30,039 bases of DNA, from NCBI GenBank assembly GCA_049509275.1, contig JBELAB010000001.1:1-30039 (forward strand), read 5' to 3'. Numbering within the stretch: the first letter of the stretch is position 1; each line of letters begins with the position of its first letter. The notes beneath the pieces were generated by a model. That model was given only the letters and a program-made list of their open reading frames with translations, ran no database searches and was not told where the DNA came from. The translations under genes and the position numbers were made by a program. This document shows positions 26,214-30,039 of the stretch, piece after piece. The DNA is from Syntrophobacteraceae bacterium (GTDB taxonomy: Bacteria; Desulfobacterota; Syntrophobacteria; Syntrophobacterales; Syntrophobacteraceae).

Positions 26214-26261
26214 GCAGAACAGTGAACACTGAGCAGTAAAAATCACTACTCACTATTCACC
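26214..26261. repeat. Heptamer-repeat hairpin, copy 2 (overlaps the cytochrome c stop codon)
   Basis: Left arm GCAGAAC AGTGAAC ACTGAGC AGT; right arm ATCACT ACTCACT ATTCACC; mismatches fall mostly at 7-nt intervals. Confidence 0.7.
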
Positions 26262-26767
26262 CGCATGCTCCTCACGTAACGTACAATGGCCCAGGTTTCA
26301 TCCTTTGTAAGGGTGGCGTAGAGGGCAGGATGCCTATTGAAACCAAACCGGATTTCATAAAAGATTTCACCGTCGCTCTTGTCCTGCACATGAGAACTTC
26401 TGAGGTTCGCGGGCAGGGGGGCGAAACTTTGTCCAACCGTGCCGTTGCCGTCCAACATGGGGCCGTGACACTGTACGCAGTAGAAATGATACCTTTCCCA
26501 CCCCCATGCAACCATTTTGGAAGTGCCGTCGAGCGGGTTTACGAGCTCCATGGGGTTTGCTTCACGTTCCACCCAGATGCCTCCGTCAACCGGGATGGCC
26601 TTTTTGGGCATCTGCGGGAATTCCTCGTTGTAGGCTTGAACTGCCTCGTCGTCCCTCATCTCGGAGTAATTGCAGCCAAACAGGGTGAAGGACGCAAAGC
26701 CGAGCAGCGCAATGAACACAGCGTGGCGCATAAGCGAGTGAGTGAACGCGCTTCGGGCTGTTTTCAT
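26246..26767 (-). CDS. Monoheme cytochrome c lipoprotein (ActE-like)
   Basis: Lipobox LFGC; NP..GWERYHFYCVQCHG..DGNG.VG; DGEIFYEIRFG..HP..ETWAIVRYVR; ATGA overlap with the upstream gene (alternative start 26731). Confidence 0.85.
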   Translation of the reverse strand: MKTARSAFTHSLMRHAVFIALLGFASFTLFGCNYSEMRDDEAVQAYNEEFPQMPKKAIPVDGGIWVEREANPMELVNPLDGTSKMVAWGWERYHFYCVQCHGPMLDGNGTVGQSFAPLPANLRSSHVQDKSDGEIFYEIRFGFNRHPALYATLTKDETWAIVRYVRSMRVNSE

Positions 26768-27051
26768 TTCGGCGCCTCCATCCGTTGCATTTCCGACACC
26801 GGCCCCATGACGTGTTGAGGCTCAACCGAGGCCGCCTCAGGTCCCGGAGCGAGGCCGTTGGGTCTGGCCGGACTATAGGTGAAATAGGCGGATTGGCCCG
26901 GGATGTCGGCGACAACGCTGAAATCCCAGTCCGGAGGCCCTTTGTCACCGATGACAAAATAGATCAACAAACCCCACGCGAGAAACCCTCCCGCTATTGC
27001 CCCGATGATCGACCAGGTCTTAACCCAGCTACATTCTTCTTCTGAGTGCAT
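26764..27051 (-). CDS. Uncharacterised single-TM protein (95 aa)
   Basis: ATG 27051 with GGAG upstream; one hydrophobic helix then GDKGPPDWDFSVVADIPGQSAY; stop overlaps the next start. Confidence 0.65.
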   Translation of the reverse strand: MHSEEECSWVKTWSIIGAIAGGFLAWGLLIYFVIGDKGPPDWDFSVVADIPGQSAYFTYSPARPNGLAPGPEAASVEPQHVMGPVSEMQRMEAPK

Positions 27052-27068
27052 CTCAGGATACTCCGGTC

Positions 27069-27350
27069 TTAAAACCTGCTGCCGTTGGCCCAGACGAAAA
27101 TCAAATAGGAGAAAGCCCACGCTGCTATCAGCAGGTAAGTGTAGATGAGAAATGGACCTATAGGGTTCTTATCCGTGTGGTGTCCGCTCCCGGGTTCGCG
27201 GCCCCCTGTTTTATCGAGTTCCTGTTCGGTCCCGGCTGTGCGTCTTGTCCGGTAACCCGCCCAAGCGGCATAGACCATAATAAGAGATATCCCGCCCAGA
27301 AAGAGGGCGATCATTTCATACTGGAAATCGACCCAGACAAAGAATCGCAT
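27069..27350 (-). CDS. Two-TM protein (93 aa), possibly a heme-less CcoP N-terminal-like module
   Basis: Two hydrophobic helices; the loop ends GHHTDKNPIGPFL; tightly spaced in the operon. Confidence 0.65.
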   Translation of the reverse strand: MRFFVWVDFQYEMIALFLGGISLIMVYAAWAGYRTRRTAGTEQELDKTGGREPGSGHHTDKNPIGPFLIYTYLLIAAWAFSYLIFVWANGSRF

Positions 27351-27362
27351 GTTCGTATCCGT

Positions 27363-27629
27363 TCAATGGTGATAGAGACCAAGCGTCAATGCGGCTGCAA
27401 AGGCGGTAAAGCCTATCGCTGCTATAAAGAACAGGGCGGCAGTGTGCGCTCTGCGTTTTGAGCGGCTTACGGCTGTAATCGGCTGCGATAGAAGGTCTTT
27501 TCCAAGCGGCAGATACCTCGCGCGCTCCTGGTCCGAAAACTGCCCCGCCCGAAGCCCCCAGATGAATGCCGCAAGGCTCACGATCAGACTGATTACGACA
27601 AGAAAAAGCCATCCGGAGTAATAGATCAT
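27363..27629 (-). CDS. ccoS: cbb3 oxidase maturation protein CcoS/FixS-like, with extra C-terminal helix
   Basis: TM helix then FIWGLRAGQFSD...RYLPL, matching the FixS W...GQF.D pattern; ATGA-coupled to ccoO. Confidence 0.8.
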   Translation of the reverse strand: MIYYSGWLFLVVISLIVSLAAFIWGLRAGQFSDQERARYLPLGKDLLSQPITAVSRSKRRAHTAALFFIAAIGFTAFAAALTLGLYHH

Positions 27630-28573
27630 TTGTCCTTCACCACCGGTTCATAGGCCGCGTCGATCCCTCTGGGCTCAGCGTGGGCGTCGGTTTGCCCGAT
27701 AAACGTCACGGCCACATAATTGCCCACGTCCCAAATCTTCTCGGACTGGAGGTCCTTTTTGAAGTAAGGCATCGCTGTGCCCGTGATTCCGTTCATTATC
27801 TGGTAATAGAGTATGCCGCCGGAGATCCCCCTGTCCCTGAGTATCGTAAAATTGAGGGGCGGTGGGTAAAGATAAGGCTGGGCCGGGCCCATGCCGTCCC
27901 CCACCGGACCGTGGCAGCCGATGCAGAAACTCTGGTAAACCCTGTGCCCGCGCGCAAGGCCGGCAGCGGAGGTCAGGTAGGGGTTGGGCAGCTTTCTCCA
28001 GCCTTCCGGAACGTGGGCATGCAGCCATTCGACGTTCTTTTCGGGACCTGACTGGAAGGCTGCCGTCGTTTCGGTTTTCCAGTAATTCTGCCGGGCCATT
28101 CTTTCGTCGGCCAGTTTAAATCCGAGGCTTTGCTTGTAGGCTATGAGGGCCTTGATTTTCTCCGGGCCGAGAAACACCCAGGAAGGCATAAGTGACTCGG
28201 GCCGGGTGAACCTGGGGTTGGCGAAATGGGCCAGGTGCCAGTCGTCAGGATGCTCGCCGCCCTCCTCAGAAAGATCCGGGCCGGTTCGCTCGGTCCCTAA
28301 AAGGTGGGGCGAGTCTGCAACGTAGTCTCCGGATTGCGCTACCCTTTCGGAGCCGATGTCCCAGTCGAAGTTGCGAATGAACTGCGTATGGCAGTAGGTG
28401 CAGCCATTGTTTACATAAATTGAACGTCCTTCTTCCTCGAGCGCCGTGCGCGGCCTGAAGATGTCGGACCCCTGCTCGCTTATCGTAATCCAGGGCAGGA
28501 TCACGAACATGAAGAGCACCGGGGCGAAAATGAGCAGCCCCCCGAGAACCAGTACGGCCGGTGTCATCCTCAT
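27626..28573 (-). CDS. ccoO: cbb3 subunit II (CcoO) fused to a second cytochrome c domain (diheme)
   Basis: N-terminal TM; GRSIY..GCTYCHTQFIR, LLGTERTGPDL, WHLAH..NPR..SLMP (CcoO); then PNPY..GHRVYQSFCIGCHG..TAMPYF. Confidence 0.88.
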   Translation of the reverse strand: MRMTPAVLVLGGLLIFAPVLFMFVILPWITISEQGSDIFRPRTALEEEGRSIYVNNGCTYCHTQFIRNFDWDIGSERVAQSGDYVADSPHLLGTERTGPDLSEEGGEHPDDWHLAHFANPRFTRPESLMPSWVFLGPEKIKALIAYKQSLGFKLADERMARQNYWKTETTAAFQSGPEKNVEWLHAHVPEGWRKLPNPYLTSAAGLARGHRVYQSFCIGCHGPVGDGMGPAQPYLYPPPLNFTILRDRGISGGILYYQIMNGITGTAMPYFKKDLQSEKIWDVGNYVAVTFIGQTDAHAEPRGIDAAYEPVVKDK

Positions 28574-29964
28574 TGTGGTTCTCCCTGAAACGCTTCTCCG
28601 AATATGCTCTCGTCCTGCGCCTGCTCGCCCCGGATTGTCCTGATCACGTTATAAAGGCCGATGAAAGCCGCCCCGACGATGAGCACTCCCACAGCCGCAC
28701 GCAGTATGAAATAGATGTGGATCATGGGCAGCGTGCGGTATACGGTTGTTCCGTTAAGCCAGGCGTTCCCCTGGACGAGGCCTCCGGCCGTGAGCACCAT
28801 GAAAAAACCGGCCATGCCGAGAACGAGCAGCCAGTATTGGACGTCTGCAAGACGGCCGCTATAGAGCGGTTTTCCCGTAATCCTTGGGAGCATGTAATAT
28901 AGTCCCCCCAGTGCGATCATCCCCGAGAAGCCGAAAACCCCTATGTGAGAATGTGCGATAACCCAATTATTCAAATGAGTTACCTTCTGCACGACCGGCA
29001 GCGCCTGAATTGTTCCCTGCGTGGCGGTGAGCATATACCAGACCAGGCCGGCCGCTACGAACCTTCCGCCGATATCTGCGTGGAAAAACCCCAGTCTGCC
29101 CCGCATCGTGAGCCAGAGGTTCACCAATACGGTAAAAACGGGGATGATCATCGCGATGCTCCCGGACACGGCCATCGTCTTCAGCCAGACCGGTATGGGC
29201 GCCTGAAGAATGTGATGCGCCCCGATATGAGTGTATATGACCAAAATGGTCCAGAAGCCGACAAGCGAGAGAACGTGGCTGTACAGCGGACTGCGGGCCA
29301 CCCTCGGCACGATGTAGTAGGCTATGGCGATAGCAAGAGGGGTTAAGAAGAGCCCCACGATGCCATGCCCGTAAAACCAGGCCAGAATGGCGTCAGGCAA
29401 CCCGGTTATCGCGCCTTTCATGTTAAAGACGGCGTGTCCGAAAAAGTAGATCAGCCAGGTATATACGAGGGCCGCAAATATATACCAAGTTGAGACGTAC
29501 ATTATCTTTTCCCGCCGGTTGGCCGCAGTCTGAAGCAGGTTCATGAACATGAGCGCCATTGACAGCAAAACCCCTACGTTTGCCGGCCAAATCCATTCGG
29601 CGTACTCCCTGCCCTGGGAGTACCCGAGATCGAGCGCCACGACACCCGTAAGAATGGACAGGTTCCAGATCCACAGGGAAATCTTCCCGAGTTTTTCGCT
29701 CCAAAGCGAGGTCCGCAGCACCGACGGGAGTATGTAGTGGGCGGCGCCAAGAAGAGCTGTGCCTGCGAAACCGAAGATCATCGTGGTGGTGTGCATCGGG
29801 CGAACCCTGCTGAAAACCAGCCCGGCAATGCCTCCAAAAAGGTCCGGAATGACTAGCCCGGTGGCGGCCGTAATGCCCTCCAGGGTGGCCAGGGCAAACC
29901 AGATGGCCGAACTCAGGAAACAAAGCTTTGCGGTCCCGTTTTCTTCAACTTTTAGAAGCTGCAC
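28570..29964 (-). CDS. ccoN: cbb3-type (C-family) heme-copper oxidase subunit I, divergent
   Basis: RVRPMHT, GREYAE, WFYGH (H 29365-29367), YTHIGAHH (Y 29233-29235; HH 29212-29217), WVIAHSH (28945-28953); about 12 hydrophobic helices; GTG start with GAGGT SD. Confidence 0.9.
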   Translation of the reverse strand: MQLLKVEENGTAKLCFLSSAIWFALATLEGITAATGLVIPDLFGGIAGLVFSRVRPMHTTTMIFGFAGTALLGAAHYILPSVLRTSLWSEKLGKISLWIWNLSILTGVVALDLGYSQGREYAEWIWPANVGVLLSMALMFMNLLQTAANRREKIMYVSTWYIFAALVYTWLIYFFGHAVFNMKGAITGLPDAILAWFYGHGIVGLFLTPLAIAIAYYIVPRVARSPLYSHVLSLVGFWTILVIYTHIGAHHILQAPIPVWLKTMAVSGSIAMIIPVFTVLVNLWLTMRGRLGFFHADIGGRFVAAGLVWYMLTATQGTIQALPVVQKVTHLNNWVIAHSHIGVFGFSGMIALGGLYYMLPRITGKPLYSGRLADVQYWLLVLGMAGFFMVLTAGGLVQGNAWLNGTTVYRTLPMIHIYFILRAAVGVLIVGAAFIGLYNVIRTIRGEQAQDESIFGEAFQGEPQ

Positions 29965-30039
29965 CTGCTTATACCTCGCCGGTTCCAGACTGCTTTAATG
30001 ATGACAGCCCAAATAGCAGTCAAGCTGCGCTTTTTTCTC

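Noticed and set aside
28570-29964. CcoN-like gene as a nitric oxide reductase (cNOR/qNOR)
   Set aside because: Lacks the helix-VI HxxxE non-heme iron ligand pattern and keeps the cbb3-position Tyr.

Overview
GC-rich, gene-dense chromosomal window from an anaerobic deltaproteobacterium-like organism (taxon inferred from gene content and order). Left to right: an RHH/PIN (vapBC-like) pair with a 1-nt frameshift in the toxin; a macrodomain gene; an ICMT-type membrane methyltransferase; a ~570-nt intergenic region with a 24-nt tandem repeat; the Wood-Ljungdahl carbonyl-branch cluster acsD-cooS(acsA)-acsB-acsC-acsE; ppdK; a CitE/malyl-CoA-lyase-family gene; an orphan GAF-PAS histidine kinase; a DksA/TraR-BON fusion; two L,D-transpeptidase-family lipoproteins; ssb; plsC-rnj-ftsK-lolA followed directly by a nucleotidyltransferase and a small overlapping partner gene; and a convergent six-gene cbb3-type oxidase-like operon. 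The best candidate for an undescribed system is that last operon: divergent CcoN, CcoO fused to a second cytochrome c domain, extended CcoS, a heme-less CcoP-N-like protein, an unknown single-TM protein, and an ActE-like lipoprotein cytochrome c with His where Met is expected. Next are the DksA-BON fusion, the toxin-first NTase/small-protein pair and a heptamer-repeat hairpin present twice. No rRNA, tRNA, CRISPR array or transposase was seen. All family calls rest on motif recognition by eye; no searches were run.
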